Below are positions 10,928-20,483 of a stretch of 64,000 nucleotides of DNA, piece after piece; the first letter of the stretch is position 1, and the number at the start of each line of letters is the position of its first letter. Position numbers and translations under genes: made by a program. This DNA is from Alphaproteobacteria bacterium. Lineage in GTDB: Bacteria; Pseudomonadota; Alphaproteobacteria; Bin95. Where the stretch lies: assembly GCA_963665325.3 (NCBI GenBank), contig CAXXWS020000002.1:288001-352000 (forward strand). Direction: 5' to 3'. The notes beneath the pieces are model-generated. The model saw only the letters and a list, made by a program, of their open reading frames with translations, did no database searches and was not told the origin of the DNA.

Positions 10928-12012
10928 CTGAGCTTCAGCGTCGCGAGCCCGGCCAGCGCCAGAACGACGGCGATGATCCAGAAGCGGATGACGATGGTCG
11001 GCTCCTTCCACCCCTTCTGCTCGAAGTGGTGGTGCAGCGGCGCCATGCGGAAAACACGCTTGCCGGTCAGCTTGAAAGAGGCCACCTGCACGATCACCGA
11101 GACCGCTTCGAGCACGAACAGCCCGCCGACGATGGCGAGCACCAGTTCGTGCTTGGTGATGACTGCGACCGAGCCGAGCGTGCCGCCGCAGGCGAGCGAG
11201 CCCGTGTCGCCCATAAACACCATGGCCGGCGGCGCGTTGTACCAGAGGAACCCGAGGGATGCGCCCACCAGCGCGCCCAGAAGCACCGACAGCTCGCCGG
11301 CACCGGGCACCGGATGGATCTGCAGGTATTCCGCAAACACGGTGTGGCCGGCGAGATAGGCGATGAAGCCGAAGCAACTGGCGGCGATCATCACCGGCAC
11401 GATCGCGAGCCCGTCGAGCCCGTCGGTGAGATTGACCGCGTTCGACGCCCCGGTCATCACCAGCACGGCGAAGGGCACGGCTAGCCAGCCGAGGTCGATC
11501 ACGAGGTCCTTGACCACCGGGATGGCGAGCCCGTACCCGAGCGGCGCACCCACGATTTCGGCCGCTGCAATGGCCGCAACCGCGCTCACCACGACCTGGA
11601 TTCCGAGCTTCGCCTTGCCGGGCATGCCGCGGCTGTTGCTGCGCGCCAGCTTCAGGTAGTCGTCCGCGAAGCCGACGAGGCCGAAACAGAGCGTCACCGC
11701 AAGCACGATCCACACATAGGGATTGGTGAGGTCGGCCCAAAGCAGCGTGCTGGCGACGAGCGCAGTCAGGATCAGCGTCCCGCCCATGGTCGGCGTGCCG
11801 CGCTTGGTTTCCAGATGTGATTTCGGGCCGTCCTCGCGGATCGGCTGGCCGTTGGCCTGCCGGGAGCGCAGCCAGGCGATCATGCCGGGGGCGAGCAGGA
11901 AGCTCAGCGCCAGGGCGGTGAGCGTCGCTGCGCCGGAACGGAAGGTGATGTAGCGGAACAGGTTGAAGAGCTGGAAGTCTTCGGCCAGCGGTGCAAGGAG
12001 GTTGTAAAGCAT
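10924..12012 (-). CDS. mraY: phospho-N-acetylmuramoyl-pentapeptide transferase
   Basis: [35 protein letters not shown]. Confidence 0.97.
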   Translation of the reverse strand: MLYNLLAPLAEDFQLFNLFRYITFRSGAATLTALALSFLLAPGMIAWLRSRQANGQPIREDGPKSHLETKRGTPTMGGTLILTALVASTLLWADLTNPYVWIVLAVTLCFGLVGFADDYLKLARSNSRGMPGKAKLGIQVVVSAVAAIAAAEIVGAPLGYGLAIPVVKDLVIDLGWLAVPFAVLVMTGASNAVNLTDGLDGLAIVPVMIAASCFGFIAYLAGHTVFAEYLQIHPVPGAGELSVLLGALVGASLGFLWYNAPPAMVFMGDTGSLACGGTLGSVAVITKHELVLAIVGGLFVLEAVSVIVQVASFKLTGKRVFRMAPLHHHFEQKGWKEPTIVIRFWIIAVVLALAGLATLKLR

Positions 12013-12018
12013 GGGCGC

Positions 12019-13386
12019 TCAACCTCCTGCACCTGCGCGCCGCTCCAGCGCTTCGATAACGGGCTTCATGCCTATGCCCAGCGAGCCCTTGACCAGCACG
12101 ACGTCGCCGGGCGCCACCGCTTCGGCGACCAGGGGGGCGAGCGCGGCCGCGTCCAGGCGGTGCGCGCTGCGCCGGCCGGGCGGCAGGCGGTCGAAGAGCC
12201 GGTGCATATGGGGTCCGACGGCGAAAACCAGATCGACGGACGCGTCTTCTAACGGTCCTGCGAGTTCCTCATGGGCGCGGCCCGCGTCCTCGCCCAGCTC
12301 GAGCATGTCGCCTAGAACGGCGATCCGCCGCCCGCCAGGGCCGGGTTCGACGAGGCCGAGCACACCGAGGGCGGCGTTCATGGCGGCGGGGCTCGCATTG
12401 TAGCTTTCGTCGATCAGCGTCCAGCCGCCCAGGACCCGCCGCTTGCCGCGGCCGGCGGGCGGATGGAACACTGCCAGGACCTCGGGATCGGGGGCGACGC
12501 CGAAGGCATCCAGCACCAGCAGCGCGCCGAGCGCATTGAGCGCCCAATGCTCGCCGGGAGCTCCCAGCCGGAAGTCGAACCGCTTGCCGCGAATCTCCGC
12601 CGCAATATCGCTGCCGGAGGCATCGAGGTCGGCATGGAGCAAGACCGCGTCGCCCGCCCGGCGGGAGAACCGCAGGATATCGGCGCCGGCCCGCTCAGCC
12701 GCGGCTTCGAGGCGCTCGATATAGGGGGTGTCGGCATTGAGCACGGCAGTGCCGCCGTGCTCCAGGCCCTCGAAAATCTCGGCTTTGGCGTCGGCGACTT
12801 CGGCAAGGCCGCCGAAAAAGGCCGTATGCGCCGGAGCGATGGCGGTCACCAGCGCTACATGGGGGCGAACCAGGCGGGAGAGGGGCGCGATCTCGCCAGC
12901 ATGGTTCATGCCGAGTTCGAAGACGGCGAAGTCCGCCTCGCGCGGCAGGCGGGCGAGGGAAAGCGGGGCGCCCCACTCATTGTTGAGATTGCCGCGGCTG
13001 GCTTCCGTTCGTCCGGCGCGGGACAACAGGTTGGCAAGCAACTCCTTGCAGCCCGTCTTGCCGACGCTACCGGTGACGCCGGCGATGCGCGCATTCGAGC
13101 GCGCGCGCGCGGCGCGAGCGAGCGCATACAGGCCCACGCGCGTGTCCGGAACATGGAGCGACGGTACATCGGCGCCGCAATCGCGGCTGACCATTGCCGC
13201 GACCGCTCCGCCGGCGAGCGCCCGGTTCACGAAGCAGTGCCCGTCATGGTTCGGCCCTGCCACGGCGACGAACAGATCCCCGGCCGCAATTGTGCGGCTG
13301 TCGATGGCGACGCCGGACGCCTCCCAACCTCCGCGCGGCGCACCTCCGGTGGCGGCGGCAGCTTCGCTTGCGGTCCAGAGCGTCAT
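12019..13386 (-). CDS. murF: UDP-MurNAc-tripeptide--D-Ala-D-Ala ligase
   Basis: TGSVGKT, ELGMNHAGEI, DESYNASP, GDMLELG, LVKGS. Confidence 0.95.
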   Translation of the reverse strand: MTLWTASEAAAATGGAPRGGWEASGVAIDSRTIAAGDLFVAVAGPNHDGHCFVNRALAGGAVAAMVSRDCGADVPSLHVPDTRVGLYALARAARARSNARIAGVTGSVGKTGCKELLANLLSRAGRTEASRGNLNNEWGAPLSLARLPREADFAVFELGMNHAGEIAPLSRLVRPHVALVTAIAPAHTAFFGGLAEVADAKAEIFEGLEHGGTAVLNADTPYIERLEAAAERAGADILRFSRRAGDAVLLHADLDASGSDIAAEIRGKRFDFRLGAPGEHWALNALGALLVLDAFGVAPDPEVLAVFHPPAGRGKRRVLGGWTLIDESYNASPAAMNAALGVLGLVEPGPGGRRIAVLGDMLELGEDAGRAHEELAGPLEDASVDLVFAVGPHMHRLFDRLPPGRRSAHRLDAAALAPLVAEAVAPGDVVLVKGSLGIGMKPVIEALERRAGAGG

Positions 13387-14825
13387 GCCTCCCACCCCGC
13401 CAATTCGCGGGCGATGGCCCTGTCGTCGAAGGGGCGCACTTCCGCGCCGACGGTCTGGCTCGTTTCATGCCCCTTTCCGGCGATCAACAGCGCGTCCTCG
13501 GGGCCCAGCCCGTCTATACCCGCCGCTATCGCAGCTTCGCGGTCGCCTATTTCCGACGCGCCCGGGCAACCGGCAAGAATCGCGGCCCGGATCGCTGCCG
13601 GGTCCTCCGTGCGCGGGTTGTCGTCGGTGACGATCACCCGGTCGGCCAGTCGGTCCGCCACGGTGCCCATTTCCCGCCGCTTGCCCGCGTCGCGGTCGCC
13701 GCCGGCGCCGAATGCCAGAACCAGCCGTCCATGCACGGAGGGCCGGAGAGCGTCCAATACAGCGGCGAGCGCGCCCGGCTTGTGGGCGTAATCGACATAG
13801 ATCGGAGCGCCCGAAGGCGCGTGCGCCGCCAGTTCGAGCCGGCCGCGGACGCCGCGGAGCCCCTCCAGACAGGGGACCGCGGAATTGGGATCGTCGCGAT
13901 CGCCGGCCGCCGCGCCCAGGGCTGCGAGCGCATTCTCGGCCTGGAATGCGCCGATGAAGGGCATCCGGACCCGATGGCGCCGTCCGAGAAACCGGAACGC
14001 CACCACCTGTCCTTCTCCGGCGGGCTCTATGCTCTCGATCTCGATCTCCAGCCGGGGCCCGTTTCGCCCGATGCGCCACACCTCGTGACCGGCGGCGCGG
14101 GCCGCTTCTCCGGCTGCCCTGCCTGCGGGATCGTCCGCATTGACGACGGCGAGCCCGCCCGGCGCCATGACCCTGCGGAACAGGCCGAGCTTGGCGTCGA
14201 GATAGCTCTCGAGGTCGGGGTGGTAATCGAGATGGTCGCGCGAGAGGTTGGTGAACACGCCTGTCGAGACCTTCACGCCGTCGAGGCGGTACTGGTCCAG
14301 CCCGTGGCTGGACGCCTCCAGCGCGACATGGTCGATGCCGTTTTCGGCCAAACGGGCCAGCTCGCGGTGCAGCTCCACGGGATCCGGCGTTGTCAGCGCG
14401 CCGGCCCGGCAGCGACCGGGGGCGACGATCCCAAGCGTGCCGAGGCTGGCCGCCGACAGTCCGAGAAGGCGCCACAATTGCCGGATGAAATCCACCACCG
14501 AGGTCTTGCCGCTGGTGCCGGTAACGGCGGCTACTCCGGCCGGCTGGGCGCCGAACACCCTGGCCGCCAATTTGGCGAACAACCTGCGCGGCGCGTCGTC
14601 GAGAATGACCGGGACGCCGGCCGGCAGCGAGTCCGTCGCCGTTCCAGCAGGCGCGAGTATCGCCCTGGCACCCCTTGCAAGCGCGTCCTGGATGAAGGCG
14701 CGTCCGTCCGCCCGCGCGCCCGGTACCGCCATGAACAGATATCCCGGCCGGACTTCGCGGGAATCGGCCGTCAGGCCGCAGATGCCGAGCGCATCGAGAT
14801 CGATCCGGCATCCGGCGGTGGGCAT
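13383..14825 (-). CDS. murE: UDP-MurNAc-dipeptide--meso-DAP ligase
   Basis: TGTSGKTS, EASSHGLDQ, DYAHKP, DNPR (DAP-specificity motif), AGKGHE. Confidence 0.95.
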   Translation of the reverse strand: MPTAGCRIDLDALGICGLTADSREVRPGYLFMAVPGARADGRAFIQDALARGARAILAPAGTATDSLPAGVPVILDDAPRRLFAKLAARVFGAQPAGVAAVTGTSGKTSVVDFIRQLWRLLGLSAASLGTLGIVAPGRCRAGALTTPDPVELHRELARLAENGIDHVALEASSHGLDQYRLDGVKVSTGVFTNLSRDHLDYHPDLESYLDAKLGLFRRVMAPGGLAVVNADDPAGRAAGEAARAAGHEVWRIGRNGPRLEIEIESIEPAGEGQVVAFRFLGRRHRVRMPFIGAFQAENALAALGAAAGDRDDPNSAVPCLEGLRGVRGRLELAAHAPSGAPIYVDYAHKPGALAAVLDALRPSVHGRLVLAFGAGGDRDAGKRREMGTVADRLADRVIVTDDNPRTEDPAAIRAAILAGCPGASEIGDREAAIAAGIDGLGPEDALLIAGKGHETSQTVGAEVRPFDDRAIARELAGWEA

Positions 14826-16498
14826 TACGCCTCCTCGTCCTTGAAGAGCCGGGACAGGAGCCGTTCGGGAACGATCCGCCGCATCCATGCGTCCGAATCC
14901 GGGCCTGCCGCGGGGACGCCCAGTATCGATCCGATACGCGGGATCACGGCGCCGGCCACCGGGACGGCATTCCAGGCGGCGGTCGCAAAACCGTATGTCT
15001 CCTTGAGGGCCTTCGGCTCGTCGAGCATGACGAAGATGGCGTAGCGGGGGGCGTTTATGGGAAAGACGCCGACGAAGGAACTGAGCCGCTTGCTCCGGTC
15101 GTAGCGGCCGTTGACCACCTTTTCCGCCGTGCCGGTCTTGCCCCCGACCGGGTAGGCGATGTTGTCCGCCCGCGACCCGCTGCCCCGGAGCACGACCTGG
15201 CGCATCATCCAGCGTATCTTCTCCGAGGTTTCGGACGAAAAGACCCTCCGGGCCTTCGGCGGCACGACCCGCCTCAGGAGGGTGACCGGCACCGCCACCC
15301 CGTCATTCGCTAGCGTCCCGATGGCGGATGCGGTATGGAGGGGACTGACGGAAAGGCCGTGGCCGAAGCCGACCGTCATCGTGGTCAGGGGATGCCAGGT
15401 CCGCGGCACGATGGGGTGGCCGACCTCCGGCAATTCCAGTGGCGGGCGGCTCAGGAGGCCGAGCCCCTGGAGAACTTCCTTGAATATCTCCGGGCCGATC
15501 GCCTCCGCCATCCGCGCAGCGCCTATGTTGGACGAGTGGACGACGACCTCGGCGGCCGAAAGCACCCGCTTCTTGCCCCGGTAGTCGTCGATCCTGTGCC
15601 CGAACGCCTTGATAGGCGCGCTCGCGTCGAAACGGCTCGTCAGGCGGGCAACGCCCCGGTCGAGCGCAGTGGCGAGGGTAATGAGCTTGAATGTCGATCC
15701 CATCTCGGCAACCAGCAGCGAGGCGCGGTTGGCCTGCGCTTCATCTGTCTTTGCCTGCCGATTGGGGTCGAAATCGGGCAAAGAGACCATTGCCAGCACT
15801 TCGCCGGTGCGGGTGTCGAGCACCAGGCCGGCGCCCCCGATCGCGGAGAAGCGGTCTACCGCCCTCGACAGTTCCTCGCGAAGAACGTGCTGGACACGGA
15901 CATCGATCGAGAGCTGCACGCTCTGCGTCGGGTCGGAGAGAATGGCGTTGAACCGCTGCTCCGCGCCGGCATTGCCGACCGGGCCGGCATCGCTGGGCTT
16001 GGTGCGCCCGACGACATGCGCGGTCAGCTGTCCGTGGGGATAGATGCGCAGGTCCTCGGACTCCAGGCCGATTCCCGGCAGGCCGAGGTTGAGCACCGCT
16101 TTCTGGTCCTGGGGGGTCAGGCGGCGCGCCACGAAGACGAATTTCTGCTTCAGAGACAGCCGATGGCGCGCCTCTTCAAAGCTGAGCCAGGGCAGGGCGC
16201 CGGAAAGCCGCTCGGCGCCCCCCTGGACATCGTCGATTTGCGGCGGCCATGCGACGAGCGCGCGCGAGACGACGCTGGTGGCGAGCAGCTCGCCATTGCG
16301 GTCCACAATATCTCCGCGATCCACGGGATGTTGCGATACTGCCTTTTCGGCGGGTGGCGGACCGTCCTGGGCCACGGTGCCGAGATCGACGAGCTTGATC
16401 GTCAGGACGGCGAGGCTGACGAAGAATGCGAGCACGCCGAACGCCAGGCGGGTGCGGGCCAGCGCCAGGGCCGGCGATGCCGAACGATGCGGGTTCAT
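14825..16498 (-). CDS. ftsI: class B PBP (PBP3/FtsI)
   Basis: RGDIVDRNG, GSTFK (SxxK), SSN, KTGT. Confidence 0.94.
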   Translation of the reverse strand: MNPHRSASPALALARTRLAFGVLAFFVSLAVLTIKLVDLGTVAQDGPPPAEKAVSQHPVDRGDIVDRNGELLATSVVSRALVAWPPQIDDVQGGAERLSGALPWLSFEEARHRLSLKQKFVFVARRLTPQDQKAVLNLGLPGIGLESEDLRIYPHGQLTAHVVGRTKPSDAGPVGNAGAEQRFNAILSDPTQSVQLSIDVRVQHVLREELSRAVDRFSAIGGAGLVLDTRTGEVLAMVSLPDFDPNRQAKTDEAQANRASLLVAEMGSTFKLITLATALDRGVARLTSRFDASAPIKAFGHRIDDYRGKKRVLSAAEVVVHSSNIGAARMAEAIGPEIFKEVLQGLGLLSRPPLELPEVGHPIVPRTWHPLTTMTVGFGHGLSVSPLHTASAIGTLANDGVAVPVTLLRRVVPPKARRVFSSETSEKIRWMMRQVVLRGSGSRADNIAYPVGGKTGTAEKVVNGRYDRSKRLSSFVGVFPINAPRYAIFVMLDEPKALKETYGFATAAWNAVPVAGAVIPRIGSILGVPAAGPDSDAWMRRIVPERLLSRLFKDEEA

Positions 16499-16896
16499 TG
16501 CCGGCCTCCGGTCTCCAGGGCAAAGGACAGGCGGGACGGCTGCTCCGTCGGGAGTTCGGAGTTGGGATCGCCGTCCCGCCCGGCACGCGCCCCGGTTCGG
16601 GGCGGCTCGGGAGCGCTGGCCGGTCTAGCCGGGAGGAAACTTGACCGGTGAAGCTGATCCGCCTCGATGGGGACCAGTCCCAGGGCGCGTGCATTCTGGA
16701 ATTCGAGGGTTTGCGGTTGCGTGAGGAAGGCAAGCTCGCTGCGCAACACCTGGATGCGCTCGCGTTCGGCGAGGACCAGGCGGTTGAGTTCGGCAAGCCG
16801 GTCCTTGCGGTCGCGGACATGATCGCCGACCGCGAAGAGCCCGGCCGCCATTGCCGCCGCGCCGATGCACCAGAAGAATGTCGTCCGCGCGCTCAT
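16495..16896 (-). CDS. ftsL: FtsL-like cell division protein
   Basis: single TM plus coiled coil (ERERIQVLRSELAFL..P..L), between rsmH and ftsI. Confidence 0.8.
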   Translation of the reverse strand: MSARTTFFWCIGAAAMAAGLFAVGDHVRDRKDRLAELNRLVLAERERIQVLRSELAFLTQPQTLEFQNARALGLVPIEADQLHRSSFLPARPASAPEPPRTGARAGRDGDPNSELPTEQPSRLSFALETGGRQ

Positions 16897-17819
16897 GCCG
16901 CGAGCCTCTCGGCGGCGCGCAGCCGGGCCGACCTCGCGCGGGGATTGGCGGCGACTTCGGCCGCGCCAGGGCGGGTTGCGCGGCGATGCAGCATCCGGAA
17001 GCAAGCGGGATGCGAAGGAGACGTCGGCGGCCGGTGCCGCGAACCGCCGGGAGCACCGTCGCTCCGCTCGCGCAGGAAGCGCTTGACGGCGCGGTCCTCC
17101 AGGGAATGGAATGAGACGACGGCGAGACGCCCGCCGGGCGCGAGGAGCCTTTCGGCGGCTTCCAGGCCGCGGTCCAGCTCGGCCAATTCGTCGTTAACGG
17201 CTATTCTCAGGGCCTGAAAAGTCCTTGTCGCCGGATGAATTCGACCGTCCGACGGCGCCGCGCGCGCCACGATCGCAGCAAGACGGTCCGTCGTGCGGAT
17301 CGGCGCCTCGTTGCGCGCCCAGGCGATCGCCCGGGCGACCCGGCGCGCGCGCGGCTCTTCGCCATAGCGGCGGATGATCTCGGCCAAGCGGTCCTCGTCG
17401 AGGTTGGCCACGAGGTCGGCCGCGCTCGGCCCCTCGCCGCTCATCCTCATGTCCAGCGGGCCGGGCGCGAAAGAAAAGCCTCTCGCCGGTTCGTCGAGCT
17501 GGCCGGAGGACACGCCGAGATCGAAGGCGATGCCGTCCGCCGGCGCGAAGGCTTCGTCGGCGGCGATCCCTTCCATTTCGGAAAACTGTGCGCGGCGGAA
17601 GCGGAAACTGTCTCCGCAGTTCCGGGCGAGCTCGGCCGCCGCGCCTTCGGCTGCCGGGTCGCAATCCAGTGCGAGCACCCGGCAGGGCGCCGACGCCAGC
17701 AATGCGCGCGTATAGCCCCCGCGGCCGAAGGTGGCGTCCACATAGCGACCGCCCGGGCGCGGGGCGATGGCCGCGACGACCTCCGAAGCCATGACCGGGA
17801 TGTGCCCGCCCGCAGTCAC
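16893..17819 (-). CDS. rsmH: 16S rRNA m4C1402 methyltransferase
   Basis: HIPVM, DATFGRGGY, DLGVSS, FQALRIAVN, NPRARSARLR; GTG start overlaps mraZ TGA. Confidence 0.96.
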   Translation of the reverse strand: MTAGGHIPVMASEVVAAIAPRPGGRYVDATFGRGGYTRALLASAPCRVLALDCDPAAEGAAAELARNCGDSFRFRRAQFSEMEGIAADEAFAPADGIAFDLGVSSGQLDEPARGFSFAPGPLDMRMSGEGPSAADLVANLDEDRLAEIIRRYGEEPRARRVARAIAWARNEAPIRTTDRLAAIVARAAPSDGRIHPATRTFQALRIAVNDELAELDRGLEAAERLLAPGGRLAVVSFHSLEDRAVKRFLRERSDGAPGGSRHRPPTSPSHPACFRMLHRRATRPGAAEVAANPRARSARLRAAERLAA

Positions 17820-18325
17820 GACGCCAGGTCCGACTGCAGGAACCCGCCGAAACGGATCAAGGCCTTCGTTCCCTCGTCCAGGTCCGAGGTTACGTCTCCG
17901 ACCCACTTGTCGTGGGCGGCAGGCTTCCAGATCTCGATAATGTCCACATTGCCGATGAAGCGGACTTCGTTCTCGATGCCGCAGGCCTGACGCAGATCCT
18001 GCGGAAGCAGCAGGCGGCCCTGGCCGTCGATTTGCGTGTCGCGCGAACTGCCGACGAAAAGGCTGACGATCTTGCCGGAGTCGATCCGCTTGCCGGTCGC
18101 GGTCCTGGCTTTCTTCAGTTTCTTATGGATTTGTTTAGCCCAATTCTGCAAGTATCTCTCTTCGCAGAAGAAGATGGCGGTGCGGTCGTCGAATACGGGC
18201 GCGGCCAGCAACCGCATCTCGGCATCCTGGGGAATCACACGCCGATGAGCAGCAGGCACAATGACCCGCCCCTTTCCATCCAGTTTGGCGTCGTATTGAC
18301 CCGAGACCCGCAACGGAGGTTCCAC
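17816..18325 (-). CDS. mraZ: dcw transcriptional regulator MraZ (divergent)
   Basis: two DxxGR repeats (LDGKGRVIVP, IDGQGRLLLP), EIW motif, first gene of the dcw cluster. Confidence 0.88.
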   Translation of the reverse strand: MEPPLRVSGQYDAKLDGKGRVIVPAAHRRVIPQDAEMRLLAAPVFDDRTAIFFCEERYLQNWAKQIHKKLKKARTATGKRIDSGKIVSLFVGSSRDTQIDGQGRLLLPQDLRQACGIENEVRFIGNVDIIEIWKPAAHDKWVGDVTSDLDEGTKALIRFGGFLQSDLAS

Positions 18326-18350
18326 CTTTCACGTTTTGGCTGAAGGGCGT

Positions 18351-18415
18351 CACCCCTTTCAGCCACTTTGCCGCCACTTACAACCACTTTCTGCCACTTT
18401 ACGGTCGCTCGTCAA
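18351..18415 (-). promoter_or_regulatory. mraZ/dcw promoter with MraZ-box direct repeats
   Basis: minus strand TTGACG (-35-like, 18415-18410), then four (A/T)AAGTGG repeats and one AAAGGGG spaced 10,10,11,10 nt. Confidence 0.75.
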
Positions 18416-19007
18416 GACTTTCGCGAGAAAAAGTTTGGTGTTGCCAATCGGAAAACTCTTCGCGGCATTGGAACAAAGAGCGTATCGACTTAGCATGTCC
18501 ATGTTCGTCTTGTGGATCGCTTCAAGTTCGACTACTAAATCCAGTGTGAATCGCCCTTTCGGATCGAGCTCTGGAAGCATGGGAATGACATTGTGCCGGG
18601 TCCACAACGGTTGCGCTGTGGGCAGGGCGGGACATGCGGAAGGGCCAGTAAACTCACGACTTGGGGGAAACGGCTTTCGGCCTTCCCGCTCGATCGCCTG
18701 TGATGGAAGTCGCAAATTGTTCGGTATTTTTGAACTTTTTCCTGATAAGAGCCTGACTACAGAATAGCTGAGCTAGACTACTGGGTTCGAGGGAAGGGGC
18801 GTCCGCGGACCACTTCCCTCCCCCGGCACGGCGCCGGAACGACCCCTTCGACTCCGAAGACAACGACGAATTCGACGGCGACGACTTCGCCCCCGACCAT
18901 GACAGAACACTTCTCATGACACTTCGCGGGGTGCCGGCAGCCGCGCTGCTATGCCTCCGCCGGAACCTGGCAGCGGTTTCGTCGGTTCCGGTTACGGAAC
19001 AGCGACC

Positions 19008-20057
19008 TAGAGCGTGATGATTTCATACGGAAGCATATCCAGCGTTTTGTAGGTAGTTGGCGCATTCACGGGGTGAGAAGCGTTCGAGGAGGGTGCCGAT
19101 ACGCTGCCATGTGGTTTCGGTGGTTCGTTCGGCGGCGTCTCGCAACAGATGTTTGAGTTTGGCGAAGACCTGCTCGATCGGGTTCAGGTCGGGACTGTAT
19201 GGCGGCAGGAACAGCAAGTGGGCGCCGGCATTTCGGATGGCCTTTCTGACGGTTGCGTTTTTGTGGCTGGCAAGATTGTCCATAACGACCACATCGCTTG
19301 GGGCCAGCGTGGGGACGAGGAAGTGTTCGACATAGGTTTGGAAGGCCTTGGCGTTGACCGGTCCGTCGAGGACGCAAGGCGCGTCGATCCGGTCGACGCG
19401 CAGTGCGGCGATGAAGGTCATGGTACGCCAGTGGCCGTGCGGCGCGCGCCCGATCAGGCGTTTGCCCTTCGGCGCCCAGCCGCGCAGCGGAGCCATGTTG
19501 GTTTTGGCCCAGGTCTCGTCGATGAAGACCAGCCGGCGCGGATCAACCCGTTTCTGGTGGCGTTTCCAGCGCGTCCGTCGGCGCGCGACGTCCGGGCGGC
19601 ATTGCTCGCTGGCCAGCGCGGTTTTTTTTGAACGAGTAGCCCGCCCGATGCACCGCCGACCAGACCGTGCGGTAATCCACCCGGAGGCCGCGCGCGGCCA
19701 ACTCGCTCACCAGACCACGCAGGGTGAACGGGGTTTCGATCCGCTCCAGAAGCCAGTCCTCATACGCCCCGACGATCTTGCGCGGACGCCGCCCGCCGAT
19801 CTTCGCCGGCGCGCAACTGCCGGTCGCCCGCAGACGCTGCGACCACTTCACGATACTCGACGGCGCCACAGAGAGCGCCGACGCCACCTGACGGACGCTC
19901 TGTCCCTCGGCCAACCGGACCATCGCGCGTTCGCGCAAGTCCATCGAAATTGCACGGCTCATCGCCCAAGCCTCCACTGTCGGAAAAACAACAGTGAATC
20001 AGCTCAAGCCTGAAACCGGAATCCCCTTGCGATTCTCAATTAAATCATCCCGCTCTA
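19008..20057 (-). mobile_element. IS630-family insertion sequence (~1.05 kb)
   Basis: terminal inverted repeats TAGAGCG(T/G)GATGATTT (15/16 identical) at 19008-19023 and 20042-20057, CTAG context at both ends (TA duplication), IS630 transposase inside. Confidence 0.93.
19023..19962 (-). CDS. IS630 transposase split over two frames, joined at an A8 tract (19622-19629)
   Basis: HTH part SMDLRER...YSFKK, then +1 frame TALASEQ..RLVFIDET..VVMDNL..LPPYSPDLNPIE (DDE). Confidence 0.88.
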
Positions 20058-20070
20058 GTCCGCAAGAGGA

Positions 20071-20474
20071 CGGTCCAGAAGGCCTGTAGGCCGGGTTCTG
20101 TACCGCCCGTTTCCGGGCGGCGACGGCCATTCGTCTGGGACGCCCGTCTCCGGACGCCTCGAGCGACCAACCCGAGCAGCGGGCGCGGAGGCCGCCGGCC
20201 GGAACGATGCGTCCCGGCCTGCCGCTCCTATTCGGTCTTGCTCCCGGTGGGGTTTACCTTGCCGGCCCCGTTGCCGGAGCCGCGGGGCGCTCTTACCGCC
20301 CCGTTTCACCCTTGCCGACCGGCGGGGCGCACCCTGCGGGCCGGCGGTTTGTTTTCTGTGGCACTTTCCCTGGGGTCGCCCCCGCCGGGCGTTACCCGGC
20401 ACCGTTCCTCCGTGGAGCCCGGACCTTCCTCACCGGGCGCGATGCCCGGCGCGGCCGTCCAGCCTTCTGGACCG
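20071..20474 (-). ncRNA. rnpB: RNase P RNA, bacterial type A
   Basis: minus strand GAGGAAGGTCCGGGCTCC, GAAAGTGCCACAGAAA, TACAGAACCCGGCCTAC; 5' and 3' ends pair (GGTCCAGAAGG/CCTTCTGGACC); ends approximate. Confidence 0.95.
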
Positions 20475-20483
20475 AACCTGTAT

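Noticed and set aside
7510-12022. Apparent long N-terminal extensions or fusions of MurG (831 aa), FtsW (749 aa) and MurD (784 aa)
   Set aside because: They are off-frame readings of the upstream genes. The true starts overlap or abut the preceding stops.
20055-20402. 115-aa minus-strand ORF and other ORFs over 20071-20474
   Set aside because: They overlap the RNase P RNA gene and are spurious.
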